Positions 14,660-26,900 of a DNA stretch of 64,000 nucleotides are shown here, one piece after another. A program made the position numbers and the translations under genes. This DNA is from Cenococcum geophilum (Eukaryota), in NCBI GenBank assembly GCA_050273025.1, contig CP158635.1, positions 8,618,001-8,682,000 on the forward strand. The letters run 5' to 3'. Position 1 is the first letter of the stretch. Each line of letters begins with the position of its first letter. Under the pieces are notes generated by a model. The model saw nothing but the letters and a program-made list of their open reading frames with translations, searched no databases and was not told where the DNA came from.

Positions 14660-14999
14660 TTATCCTCTTATAAGTCTATATAGACGGAATACCGCTAGGT
14701 TAGGTATAAAAACCCTCTAAGGAAGACGTAAAAGGTAATACTTTTAGATAGTATTTGTACTATATTAATGGGAGGAAAAATACTATTAGGTTGCTACTGT
14801 AAGACTCCTATAAAGGAGTGTCCTAATCACCTATCTTACCCTATCTACCGCTTATACTATACTTTTACTTAAATTAAGAATACTATAAGATTAAGATTAT
14901 ATTATCCTACCCTTACTCCTATTTAAATACCCTATATATATACGCCTATAGTCCTCCTACTTATAGTATAATTTCTACCCTAAAGGAATAGCGGGACGT
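14660..14999 (+). repeat. 5' half of a repeat-X copy, target of the Gypsy insertion
   Basis: Similar to 1010-1290; directly abuts the LTR at 15005. Confidence 0.65.
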
Positions 15000-15004
15000 A
15001 TATA

Positions 15005-15424
15005 TATTACGGACGCTTTAAGTACAATGTTACGACTACTTAGAGAAAAGTCAGAAGAAGCTAGTTGGTTAATATAGGCACGGTCTAGGATAGAACCCGT
15101 AGAGCTATATAATAAGAAATGGTAACCGAGGTTATATAACGTGCTACATATTAAACAAGAGAAACAAGAGGAACTTATATACCTTATATATAACACGTAT
15201 ATTACGTATAAAAAGAATTTCATAGGAGTACGGTTATATATTTAAGGACCCTTGGTCCCTACCTAGATAGTTCCTTTCTTATAGTAATTTTCAGAATATA
15301 ATTAGAGTTAATCTGTTAGGCAACTACTCTACTAGTTATTATTATATTGTTAACTTTATTTAATACCTACATACCTAGCCTATTAACGAGCCTACTATAG
15401 TATCTACTATAAGGTTCTATTACA
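15005..15424 (+). repeat. 5' LTR (420 bp) of the Ty3/Gypsy element whose body lies inverted at 49629-56831
   Basis: Reverse complement of 49629-50048, differing mainly by RIP-type transitions; ends t(a/g)ttacgg...ttaca; preceded by ATATA. Confidence 0.9.
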
Positions 15425-15463
15425 TAATCACTACCATAGTTACGGTTTAATAAGTTAAACAAT

Positions 15464-15687
15464 ATACTACTAAAAGCAGCCACCACAACGCCATTAACGG
15501 CGGCAACTGCATTAAGATTAGGTAATAACACTAGTATAGTAAATACTAACTCGCAATAGCCTATAACGGTAGGATAGTTATAAAAGATAGTTAACTAGTT
15601 AATAGAGAATAATATAACACTTAAAAACAGACTTAATAGAATTAGAGTAGTAAAGATTAAGCTACTATTAATTAAAAGATTCTTAGG
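15464..15687 (+). pseudogene. N-terminus of Gypsy gag, cut at an inversion breakpoint
   Basis: De-RIP reading MPPKAATTTP...AKIKLPSIERFSG continues in frame as ER.KFKGFLTQM on the minus strand from 56831. Confidence 0.8.
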
Positions 15688-15808
15688 GACAGGCGAATAG
15701 TTTCAAACGAGAAATCGAAAATATTCCTACCCTCATGAGAACAGAGGTAAATTGCAGCATTGGAGGCGCTAGTTATGGAGGAATCTGCCTTTAATGTCCG
15801 GAGACATA

Positions 15809-16079
15809 CGAAGGCTGACGGCTTTGAAAACGGTCCATCTGCTAAAACGTAAGGAACACCAAAATCTCTACCTTTTGGAATTCGTATGCAATTTTAACCC
15901 AACACCCAAAACTCTTAATTAAAGTATTATATAACAGAGAAGAAGCAGATTAGTTATTCCCCAGAATTTTACGATAGTTAAATTCAAGGCGCAATTGCTA
16001 TTTATTTGTTATCGCGGGCCTAGAATACGCAAAATACTCGCTTAAAAAATTGGACCGTTTTCAAAGCCGTCGGCCTTCG
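15809..16079. mobile_element. 271-bp MITE, Tc1/mariner type
   Basis: 29-bp TIR CGAAGGC(T/C)GACGGCTTTGAAAACGGTCCA at both ends; TA at 15807-15808 and 16080-16081. Confidence 0.9.
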
Positions 16080-17287
16080 TATTCGTACTGTCTTGGCGAA
16101 AGGTCGCAAAACTTCAAGCGTTCCGATCGGGTTCCCTAATGCGGATTAGTACGAAGATGTGGGTCCGTCGCGTGTGCGGGAATCGATCTCTCCCCTCACC
16201 AACCTGGCTCCTCGAAGCAGATTGTTCAAGTTTGCTGCAGGCTTCGTGGGAGGAACAGTCGCCGAAGTTGTTATCGTAGCTGCCGGTTGGTTCTGGTGTA
16301 CCAAAGACACTCACTTCGCCCCATTCACCCAATTTCAATTCTCCCGTCGCCCGAAAGTTGAATCCAAGCGACAATCCTGTTTGTATTGATCATGCAGTCC
16401 GCACTGTACCACTTTTGAAGCCCAAACAACCGACCAGGAGCCATTAATGCGCGAATTCTGCCGGGGAATATGGTCTGGCCCAGGGTTTGCAGCTCAGAGA
16501 ATACTTCGCGCGCAAATGTAGGGCACTAGAGGGCAGGGAGGATCATCTTTGCTAATGCCGAGCCACTACCACCCAAATTCTAACTCGCGCGCCGGGAATA
16601 TACAGAGCTGTGGATGGAAACAAGTGTGCGCAAGCTATTAAAGTAAAGGGTAAGGATTGCAACCTCGCATATAGGTTTCAGAAAGGTGTTTGGAAGGGTG
16701 AGTTGGCCGTTATGATACCCCGCTGCCGTTGGATGGTTGCAGTGTACCAATGGAGCAATTACACCAGCGAATCGAGAAATTAAATAGCTCGCAAGGCCTA
16801 AGCAAGTTTATTATACTCTCGGGAGGTAGGGATCGAATCCTCTTCTGGTGAAACCAAAAATACTGAATCCCTGCTGAAAATCTCCATTCGTCGTCAACGC
16901 CCACTAGTGAACACTATCTTGTAGCATTTCTCATATAAATGAGGCGTCATATCTGTTCCGGACATTCTCCATTTTTTGAGACCACTCCGAAGTACTACCA
17001 TTTCACCAACATGGATATCGAACTGGCTGGTGGCCGCCTGTGCCATTCTTCATGCGATCTATTGTAACCACGACTGCTCTTTCTGGCGCAACCTCGCGGG
17101 TTGAGTGCATTACGACACTCGTTCGCAAGACATTCACTTTTACCATTTTGCCTGAAGCATACCGACTTCGGTCGCACTGAATAATCTATCAGCCCATCTC
17201 TTTGCCCTTCATCCTTCGTTTTTTTGCTTCCGTGTTTTGCCACTCTCCGCTTTGGTTATTTCCATGTCCTTTCGCATACTCAACTAG

Positions 17288-18492
17288 ATGTTTTTGAGTC
17301 GTCAAAATGCAAGCCATGCTCAATATGGCGACCCACCTCCACCGTATGAAGAAACGAAGTCCTCATCGCCAATAAACCCCAGAAACTGGGGTAAAAGGGT
17401 GCGGATTGGTGTCGCCGCTGCGGTCATCATAATAATCGCAGTAGTTGTTGGAGTAGTGGTGGGTATAAGGCACCCAAATGCCTATCCAAATTACAGCAAA
17501 CTCAACTACGCGCTGTTAGATACCTGTGAATGACCTATACTGTCATATCTTGATGACGCTAACCCTTTTTAGACAGTGGAACAGATTTCTTCGACAATTT
17601 CGACTACTTTACTGGATATGATCCCACAGGCGGCTTCGTACGGTACGCATTAGTTGTTAGTACCACATGTTAACTAAGCATCTGCTAAAAAATTTGTAGT
17701 TACGTCGACGCGCAAGGCTCTCAGATTCTCAACCTTACCTACGCCACCTCATCCACAGCTATCCTTCGCGTGGATACTTCAGAAACCAATGCAATCACTG
17801 GCCGCAAGTCTGTGCGCATCACTTCCAAGAAGCGTTACTCTCGCGGATTGTTCGTCTTTGATATCGTCAACACGCCCTATGGCTGCAGCACCTGGCCAGC
17901 ACTCTGGCTAACTGACCCACCCAACTGGCCGACGAATGGAGAAATTGGTGTTGTCGAAGCGGTCAACGGTGCGACGACAGGAAATCTGATGGCGCTACAC
18001 ACTAGCAAAGGATGCAAAATGGGCCAAAAGAGGGAAGAAACTGGAAAGATTATCTCAAAGGATTGCTACAGCGGCACGAATACCAACACTGGCTGCGGTG
18101 TGCAAGGACCGCAAGATACTTACGGCCAAGCTCTAAATGCGAATGGCGGTGGTGTATATGCGATGGAGTGGCGTTCGGAAGGTATCCGTATGTGGTTCTT
18201 CCCACGGTCAAATATCCCTTCCGATATCACCGAGGGAGTCTCACCAGACCCATCGTCCTGGGGAACAGCTCTCGCAGATTTCCCCAACACCAACTGCGAT
18301 ATCGGCTCGCATTTCCGGAACCAGAGTATTATCGCGAACATCGATCTCTGTGGAGATTGGGCTGGGAACGCTGCGGTATACACCGCTGATGGATGTCCGG
18401 GACTCTGTACTGACTTTGTCACCAACAACGCAGCAGCGTTCGAGACGGCTTTTTGGCAATGGAACGGTTGGCAGGTATATATCCCTACATAA
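17288..18492 (+). CDS. Glycoside hydrolase family 16 (endo-1,3(4)-beta-glucanase/laminarinase-like) with N-terminal transmembrane anchor, 366 aa; exons 17288-17525, 17573-17642, 17700-18492
   Basis: Two GT..AG introns with CTAA branch sites give a continuous frame: hydrophobic helix IGVAAAVIIIIAVVVGVVVGI, FFDNFDYFTGYDPTGGFV.YVD, GRKSVRITS, P.GCSTWPALW, WP.NGEI.VVE, NGGGVYAMEW, GIRMWFFPR, CGDWAG. Confidence 0.93.
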
Positions 18493-19372
18493 TTCAAGAT
18501 GGGGGACGAAGCGGGCTTACAATTGATGGATATGAGAAAGATGACCCCGGAAGCAAGAAAGTGATGATTGATGCCCGGCGTATGGAACAAGATATAGAAG
18601 GCAGGATTTTCGTTTTACTACTCACAGCATCTTATAGTTAGTCATTCCAATTGCATCGTATGTTGTTGAAACAGTCACAAGTCTTGTTTTTGCGTGTTTC
18701 GAGGTTGCGATCGTTTATGTTTTCAGCCTTGCTCCGCCCCCACCAACTCCTGGTTCCTTGGCTGGCGTACCTTGGCAATACCTCCACAGGGACGCCTCTC
18801 TCTTGAATGAGGCTCAATCGAGATCTTGGTATACCGAATATAATTCTATCAGTCCTTTTCCGGTAAGCTGCTCCGCTTATTCTTTCTCTTCCCTGCTGAA
18901 ACAGCGCTAGCCCTGCAGATATCATCCGTTAAAAAGCCAGCGCAATTACAACATAAGCCTTCTTGGACAAGCCTCTACATGCAATTGGGCTCTATCAGGT
19001 CCAAAATTGTCTGAAGTCGTTCGCGTGAGTAGCAATCTTATTCGCTCTACTCATCACTTCAGCATTTCCCAAATTCAAATTCTCAGCCTCTTCACGCACG
19101 GAAATTGAGTACGTCGCCATCAATTCAGCCTTCCGCTGTGGCGGCGTCTCGGCCTATTTCTTTGTTGGCATGGCCAGACGGAGCCTCGAATCAGCCCACC
19201 CCAGTTACGTGTGCCATAAAACGCGCGCAACTCCTCCCTTCCTGGCGCTAGGCGTTGAAGAATGCAATTCCAACGGCATTCCTAACTTTCGTACACCCAA
19301 ACGGCTACGGTCCCCCTTCCGATCAAGTCTATAAACGATTGCACCTAGCCAACGCACACTCGCTCCCATACC

Positions 19373-19733
19373 ATGGACAAATCTGAAGTACACCGCTCCC
19401 CTCTCCCCTTCAATCCCATCCCCCAAACCTTCCACTCACCCATCCCAGCAACCCGGCTATGCCGCTCCGCCCTACTCACAGCAGCAATCCTACCCACAAC
19501 AGCAACCGCCGCAGCCGGCATACCAGCAGCCGGGGCAGCCCGGCTACCCAATGTACCCGGACAACCAGCCAGACACGCCGTACTATCCGCCGCAGCAGCC
19601 GCAGATGCGGGTCGTGTACGTGGACAACACGAATTCTCGGTCTAATGGGAACGCTGATGCGGCAAAGGGGCTGCTGGCGGGGCTGTTGTGCGTGCTTTGT
19701 TGCTGTTGCGGGGGGCCATGTTTTGTTATGTAG
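19373..19733 (+). CDS. CYSTM-like cysteine-rich membrane-anchored small protein, 99 aa; exons 19373-19387, 19449-19733
   Basis: Intron GTACAC...ACTCAC...CCCAG (19388-19448) joins MDKSE to QPGYAAPPYSQQQSYPQQQPPQPAYQQPGQPGYPM...KGLLAGLLCVLCCCCGGPCFVM; P/Q/Y-rich N-terminus plus Cys-rich hydrophobic tail. Confidence 0.8.
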
Positions 19734-20449
19734 GGGATTTGGTGGTGAGGAGCTGGGGTGGGAGGTTGAAGCAGGGCGTGTTTGGTGCTACGAGGCGGAT
19801 GTTTCTTGACGAGCTTCGGGGATTGCTAGTGTTGGGGATAGTGATGACGGTATCGGCTTGCGAAGATGGAATGAGCTGGTTAGAAGGCCTCTAGGGTGTT
19901 GCGGAGTTGGAGCTACTACTATGTCTTTGGTCATTCCGGGCGGGCTTCCCAGTGATAAATGAATTTATATTCAACCTACTTATCGTAGTTAATTCATAAG
20001 AGCCTCAGGGTATTCAATATCGCGATATTATCGCGATAATAGATTATATAAGCCATATTATTGGGCTTGGCGGGGTATTAGGGGCCTCCTAAATTATCAC
20101 CTCCACTTTACCTCCTCATCTAGTAAGTTTACTACGAGCTCCTTCCTCTAACCTACTATAACTCTACTTTTCATCTATAACTTTAAGCTCTTTATTTACT
20201 TAATATTTATATAACTAAGTCTTATTTACTACCTATAATTAGGGTTTTAGTATTAGAGAGTCTAAGTTCAAGTAATTTAGACGCTACTTTTAGAGGCTCT
20301 AACGCTACGCCGAACCTCGCGACTTTTACCGCCCCTAGGCGTATCGCCCCCATTACCGCCCTTACTCCCTAGTTACTACCCTTACCTATAAACGGGGTGC
20401 GGCTAAGCGTAGTCTTAGAAAGGTTAAATATAGTCACTAATAGGGGCTG

Positions 20450-20980
20450 GCGGAAGCTAAGCGTATTTACTAATTGTTAGGTAAAACCTAAGTAGATAGT
20501 TATATACATACTAGCGTTTTCGAAAGTATTGCGAAAATTTAATAATGCGAGCCCCGCCCGCACAGCATTGAATTTAGGTAATCTCACTATATAAATTCTA
20601 TAACTATTACGTATACCACGCTTGCTATTCCTTAATTACTTACAAGGCTTAGGTATTATATTATAAGGTAACAGGCTCCGCACTACCTAGCCACGGCATA
20701 AACCTATAAAAGGTAAGCGAGTGACTAGTAAGATGCCAGGCACGGCTGTGTAGAACAATATATATAGGCGGGATGACTTTGTCACCTAATATATATTATA
20801 TCGCTTATATAGCTCGATTTTCTAGTATTACAGGCGTAATAGTAAACTGTAATAGCCTTTAGAAACGAGCTGCTAATTAATCTATATAGTCTTCTTAGGT
20901 AACTAAGCGCATACTATCTTATATATAGGCCTCCGTACCGTTTTAGCTTATTACCTACTTTAGCTACCTAGTTCTAGAGA
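20450..20980 (-). pseudogene. RIP-mutated spliced ORF relic of unknown family
   Basis: One minus-strand frame in which the stops are revertible RIP products (…LGDKVIPP..IVLHSRAWHL.SHSL.F..FMPW…), followed by GTATGT...CTAAC...TAG intron signals near 20470-20511. Confidence 0.4.
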
Positions 20981-20999
20981 GGCTAAGGGACCTTTTTCT

Positions 21000-23900
21000 C
21001 CTCTCTCTATATAGGGATTTTCTCCTACTAGTTCCTCTAGTACTAGAACCTTTATTTTTAGTTCTTATTCTTAAACTAGCTTTACTAAAGAAGTAAAAAA
21101 GAGTTCCTAGTTTGCTTTTATATTTATTTAAAGAAAGGAGTTTCTTAAAGAGGGTTTAGGTATCTTTACGTCTCTCTAGTTAATAGGGAGAAGGCTATAG
21201 TTTTATAATTAGATCCTATTTATTTTATTAAAGTCTAATTATCCTAGGTATTTTCCTAAAAGTTTCCTTAGTAAAAGGCTAGGTCTATAATAGACTTTCC
21301 CCTTATATTAGATCTATAGAAAGTTCCTTCTTATTTATCTAAATTTAATAGTTATATTTATTAAGCCAGTTTACTAGTTCTTTAGCCTCCCTAGTTAGAT
21401 TTCTAGTTAGTACGTTCTACTATATATAGTATAGGTTATAATCTCCTATTAGTATAAAGAGGAGTTCTAGTTCTAGTTCTAGAATAATCCTAAAGATAGT
21501 AGTCTTACTATTTCTTTAGGCTCTAAAGTTCTTATTTAGTTATCTCTTATTATAGATATTGTTGGTCACATAGGGTGACTCATCAATAACGACTACTCGA
21601 GTAGGTTACAGTGATGTTAGTTAATAAAGCTTGTTAATTAGAATGAGGAAGGGCGAGGAGCTTAAGACTCCTCGCTACGCTAGTGCCGCGGCGTTACGTG
21701 ACAACCGCTTGCCTCATTCCCGACACTAGCAACTCTTCTTTTATAGTTGCCATCTATATATAAACACTGCTTAACTAGCATAATAAATATAAATCCTTTT
21801 TACTTACTATTGCCATTGTAATATAAGTCTCGCTGCCCCAAAATTTGCCTCTTAGTACGCAGTGCTCTCTTACTAAGGGGTCGTGGGTAGACGTCGCGTT
21901 AGAGCCGCTAAGGCGCTAGTTATAAGCGAGCCAATAGCGATTTTCTATCCTAGAGATGGAAAATCCTAATTAGCTAGTTAGAGTTAGGGTTTATAGAATG
22001 TTATACTCCCCCCTCTAAAAAGGTCTTAGTAAGAGAATCTAACTAATTAAATAACTTTAACCGCTGGTTGAAGTTTCTAAACATCTCAAAACCTTATATA
22101 ACTAAGAAATTTTTAGGGATTCTCTTTTAACCTAACCTTTAACTTATATACGTAAAGTATTTATATTAACAAACGTCTCTAGTGCCTTATTTAGGTTTGC
22201 CTTTATTATCGCATCTACTAGGTTATCTTAGCTATTAATCCATTAAATCTTAAAGAGTTCTTAACGCTTATAGGATTGCTAAAGTACCATAATATCAATT
22301 ATAAGGCGCTTCTCCTTTATAGTATTAAGCTTAATTAAACACTTATAGAGGGAATATAAGTCGGTATATACGATTATAGGGATAACGGGAAGTTTAAGTT
22401 AATTTATAATTATCTTTAGGGTAGTTCTAATTATAATTGCTATATTAACCCCACTAACCATTCTATATATCTCTAATGCTAAAACGCTTTAAGTAATACG
22501 CTTGCTCTTAGTTAAGCTCTAATAGATAAGGTTGCTATAGATTATAAAGTTATTCTCTCTAGTATATTTATTTATAATAATAATCTTATATTCTAACTAG
22601 GAGCTAAAATCTTTATTATTTATAAATAATCTATTAATAAATATAAAGAGCTTAGCGGTAGGAAGATTAATAGGCACGTAGAGTAATCCCTAATTAAGAT
22701 AGTTTATTTGCTAAAAAAGACGTTTATTTAGGGTAAGAACGTTATCCTTAGTTAGTTCCTAGTATTAGGTAGCAATAAAAAAATTAAATAAAGCCTTAGG
22801 TTAATAGATAGAAGTAATATAAGCTTTGCAAGCGCGTTACTCTACATATCCTTACTTTAAAGAATTAACGTTAATAATATTAATCTCCCTACCTTAACCC
22901 TTCTAGCGCAAAGCAATAGAATCCTTATTTAGGGAGAGGATGCATCTATTAAAGAGTAATAGTATTATTAAATTAAGCTTTTCTTTTGGCTTTGCTATAA
23001 GATTTACCTTTATTAGCTTGTCTTCTTTAAGAGCTAAGAACTAGTCGTCTCCTAAGATAATTATATTATTAGTTTATATGCCAATAATTCTAAATAGAGT
23101 TTCCATAGTTATAATAAGGAAGTAGGGGTTAAATATAAAAGTAGTTATTAAAAGCTTCTCTTTATAGTGCTTACTATAGGTAGCCCACTAGTAAGTTCCT
23201 ACCTCTATAATTCTATATAATGGCTTAAGCATAACTATAATTGTATCTTTAGGATATTGGTAGCAAATTTGCTCTAGAAGGTATGCCAATATTAAGCGCT
23301 AAAGGTGCGTCTTTAATTAGGTGTAGGCTTAAGTAATATCTTATAAATAAACCGCTATTTTATTCTTTATTAAGGAGAAAGCTAGTGCAACAATAACTTG
23401 CTAACTAGCTCGTTAAATTATAAAAGATTGCGTAAGAATTACCTCCTTACTATTATTGTTATAACCTTAGATAATAAGCCTTAATTTCTTAAATAGGGCG
23501 TTAGTAGCTTTGCCCTTAATTTTATTAACTATTCTTAACTTAAAGATGTGAACTCTATTAAACTTAATAGGGTTATACTTTTTAAATTTAAAGACTTCTC
23601 TCGTAATAAGACTATTGATCTCCTACTTATTAGATACTTAAAAAGGAGCTTTTAGAGTTATAATATAACCTTCCTTTTAGAGCTGTTTTATAAGTTTAAA
23701 GTTAGCCTTTTCCTTAGCTGTTATAAAGGCCATTAATAGCTTAACTCTTTTCTTAATAGCGGCAATAAATTACTCTTCGAAATTAATAAGATATTAGCAA
23801 TTTTATAATCCCTTTAGGCGACCTCTACCGCGTTATAGTTGCAGCGTATCTACTATAATTATATTAGGATTATAGTCGCCTTCTAAAGCATATTAATTAT

Positions 23901-26900
23901 AATTCTCCTTTAAAGTATTTTCTATAGCATCCTGCAAAGGCTTAGAACTATTATCTTTATAGTAAAACTTAATAATAGTTAAACGGAATTAAGTAAGTCT
24001 ATAAGGCATCTAAATAGTATAAGTTTAACTATTAATTGCAATAAGTTAATATAGGCCTAACTACCTTCCCTTTTTACACTATACGCGTACCTTAGACTAG
24101 AGTAGCAGATTAAGTGTAGTTAAGGTATTTAGGCTATTTCTTATTCCTAGTGCGTTGTTAACCTGGCGTATAGCATAGAGATATCGCACCTCCTTCGTTG
24201 CCTTATAAATAGCTTTAGCTTATTATATAATAGAGGGAGATAGTAAAGAATTATTAGTTATTTAAGGGTAGGCGCTAAAGATAAGCAATATAGGTATAAG
24301 TCTATCTGGGCCAGCGGAATTATTAATGGCTTTAATAGCTATTTATAAGGTAAGTTTTTTACTAGCATCCTCTAGTTCTAAAGAGATAATCTTATATACG
24401 CGGCGTAATGGCGTATAATATTATTTTACTTTTTTAATACTATTATATGCCTTAATAGGGACTTCCTTAACCTTAATTGCTATTGCCTTTATCTATTATT
24501 AAAACTCTATAAATAAGAAGTTCTTTTCTATATTATAGACGATTTAATTAGGGGGTCCTAGGTAGATATTAATCTAATATAATTATAGGGTATCCTATAT
24601 ATTTTTAGCTAATATATCCTTTAAGAAACGTGCGGCTTAAAAGAAGGTTAAGAAGTTAACAACTTAGAGTACTAGCTTGCTGCTAAGATATATAACGTTA
24701 ATAATAATATAGAAGTTAAAGTTGTAGTTATCTTTAAGGCTAAACTTAAATCAGCTAGGGAACTTCTAGTTTATTTAGTAGTAATAGCAGTACTTTATAA
24801 GATGCTTAATTGCCTTAACCTTAACTTTATGGCCTGCTTACTAGAGGACCCTAAGCAGTTAGTAAATAGATAGGTGGCTAAAGTAATGGTATAGTTAACG
24901 TAACTCTAACTTAGTTAAGTAGCTCTAAGTAATACTCTTTTCTAGTTAATAAAGGAGTAACTAGGGGTAACCCTACTTACGTATAACGGGCACCCAATTA
25001 TCTCCCTAAATAAGTATATTCTTAAGGTTATTAAGCTTAACGCCTAATTTATCTATATCTTTAATATAAAATAAAAATGGGGTATTTATATGAATAATGT
25101 AGAAAGTAATGCACCCTAAGGGGGTTTAGACCCTAATTATGCTAAAAGAAATTGCAGTACCCTTACTAAAACGAATTATGTATTGGCCTGCCGTTAAATA
25201 GTTAATCTAAATAGAGCTATTAAGCTGCTAAAGGGCTTAAACTTAAGGTTCTCCTACTATAGATACTTCTGCGGCTCTAGTATCTGGCATAATACCATAG
25301 AAGACGTTCGGTAAGTATCTATTATTAAAGGAGAATGTAAAACTTTCTTATAGCTCGTTAAAGATATCTAACTTTATAATAGAGTGGAGCGTAAATTAGT
25401 TATTAAGAATAGTAACGGTTTATATACCATCTACCTTACTATACTTAGTAAAGTATTAGTTAGGTAAGTAGTCCTTAATTTCTATATCTATAAGGAGCTA
25501 TTTAGCCTTATTAACCTTACCCTTAAGATCTTTTACGCCTTTATATTAAACTAGGAAGCTTTAAAAGTAGGCTATAGTAACCTTACAATTTTTAATATTT
25601 CTTATACTTTAGCAAAACTTATTATATACCTTCTTTTGCTTATTAAGAGAATGCCTAGTTAACTAGTAATTTGGTTTCTTATAAATATAGCACTTTTTCT
25701 AGTAATTACTTTAAAGTAAACCTCTATAAGGGCCTCCACCTTTACCTTATAGTCGTTAATTATACCCTTTACCGTATTATCTACCCTGGCTACTATATAT
25801 TTAATCAGTCTAGTTATAATTATATTAGTTAGGCGGGTCGATTAAAGTAGGTTAGAGTTAGGCGTTAAATTACTATACTTCTTAAGAGCGTAGAGCGGTG
25901 CTAATAGAAGATCTTAATTAAGTATATACTCCTTTATAAGTATTTACAGGATTAAAGAGTATAAGGTTGTATTCTTTAACGCCTTAGTATACGCTAATAA
26001 CTTAATTACATAGGCTGAAATCCTTTTAATATAATTTGGATAAACCATGCTAAATTATCTAAAGTTAATTAAAGAGCTTTTAAAGATAATTAAGCTAAGG
26101 GACACCTAGGTTTATAGCAATAATCCTTAAAAAGGTAGTCTCTCTCCATTATAATATATACTACTACTTATTCTCTTCTATTTTAAAGTAGTATCTTAAC
26201 TTATATATTATACGGTTAAAATTATATCCTTTTCCTACTAAATAGTTATAATAGAAGGTACTAGTTTAGCCCTTAAGTATAACGGAATAGGAGTTATAGT
26301 ATTAATTAGACTCTATTCCTACTTTCTAATAATAGTTATAGAAGATACGTAGTTTTAAATTAAGGATATTATATAGTTCCTTACTAAACTTCTTCTTATA
26401 ATCCAAATAGAGCTTCGCGAGCTCTATAAGCAATTTTAAACCGCCTTTAATTTAAGATTAAGATAGAGGAGGTAGGAGTTGCATTATAGGCTATAGTAGG
26501 GACGTAGGTCTAATCGGTGGAGTCTAAAGGTTGTTAAATTATAAAGTAATAGGATCTTGTGCCTGCTCTCGTTAGGGTATAATATCCGATATTAAAGCTA
26601 TAGGTTAAATTAGATATAGAGGAGTTAAGGGCGAAGGTAGATTTGTCTCTAAAGGTGTATTGCTTAGATTCTATTATAAGTTAAGCTTCCTTATAGTGCG
26701 TAGTTAGTGCTTAATCTCTTATAGGGTCCATTTATGCTCTTCTTTTGCGTTAATAACCTGCTCCTAAATATTATCTTTAATAGTACCCCCATCTATAGGT
26801 ATAAATACTCTATACTCCTATAAGAAGTTATGGAAGTCTTATATAATATCCTTCTTTATAGGAGTCTATGTTTCCTTTATCTATTTAATAAAGTCCTCCC

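Noticed and set aside
637..15223. I/Y/L-rich short ORFs in the track (637, 9546, 14975; also 29189 and 54842)
   Set aside because: Chance frames in RIP-mutated transposon DNA.
15005..15424. Solo LTR
   Set aside because: No matching TSD on its own right flank; it is followed by the gag start, and its TSD partner is at 49624-49628.
16114..17243. Short ORFs upstream of GH16
   Set aside because: No recognisable domain or splice model; likely intergenic or UTR.
18012..18641. Overlapping alternative-frame and antisense ORFs
   Set aside because: Shadow ORFs of the GH16 exon with no independent motifs.
19205..19894. Other short ORFs around the CYSTM-like gene
   Set aside because: Alternative frames of a GC-rich exon; the spliced model explains the region.
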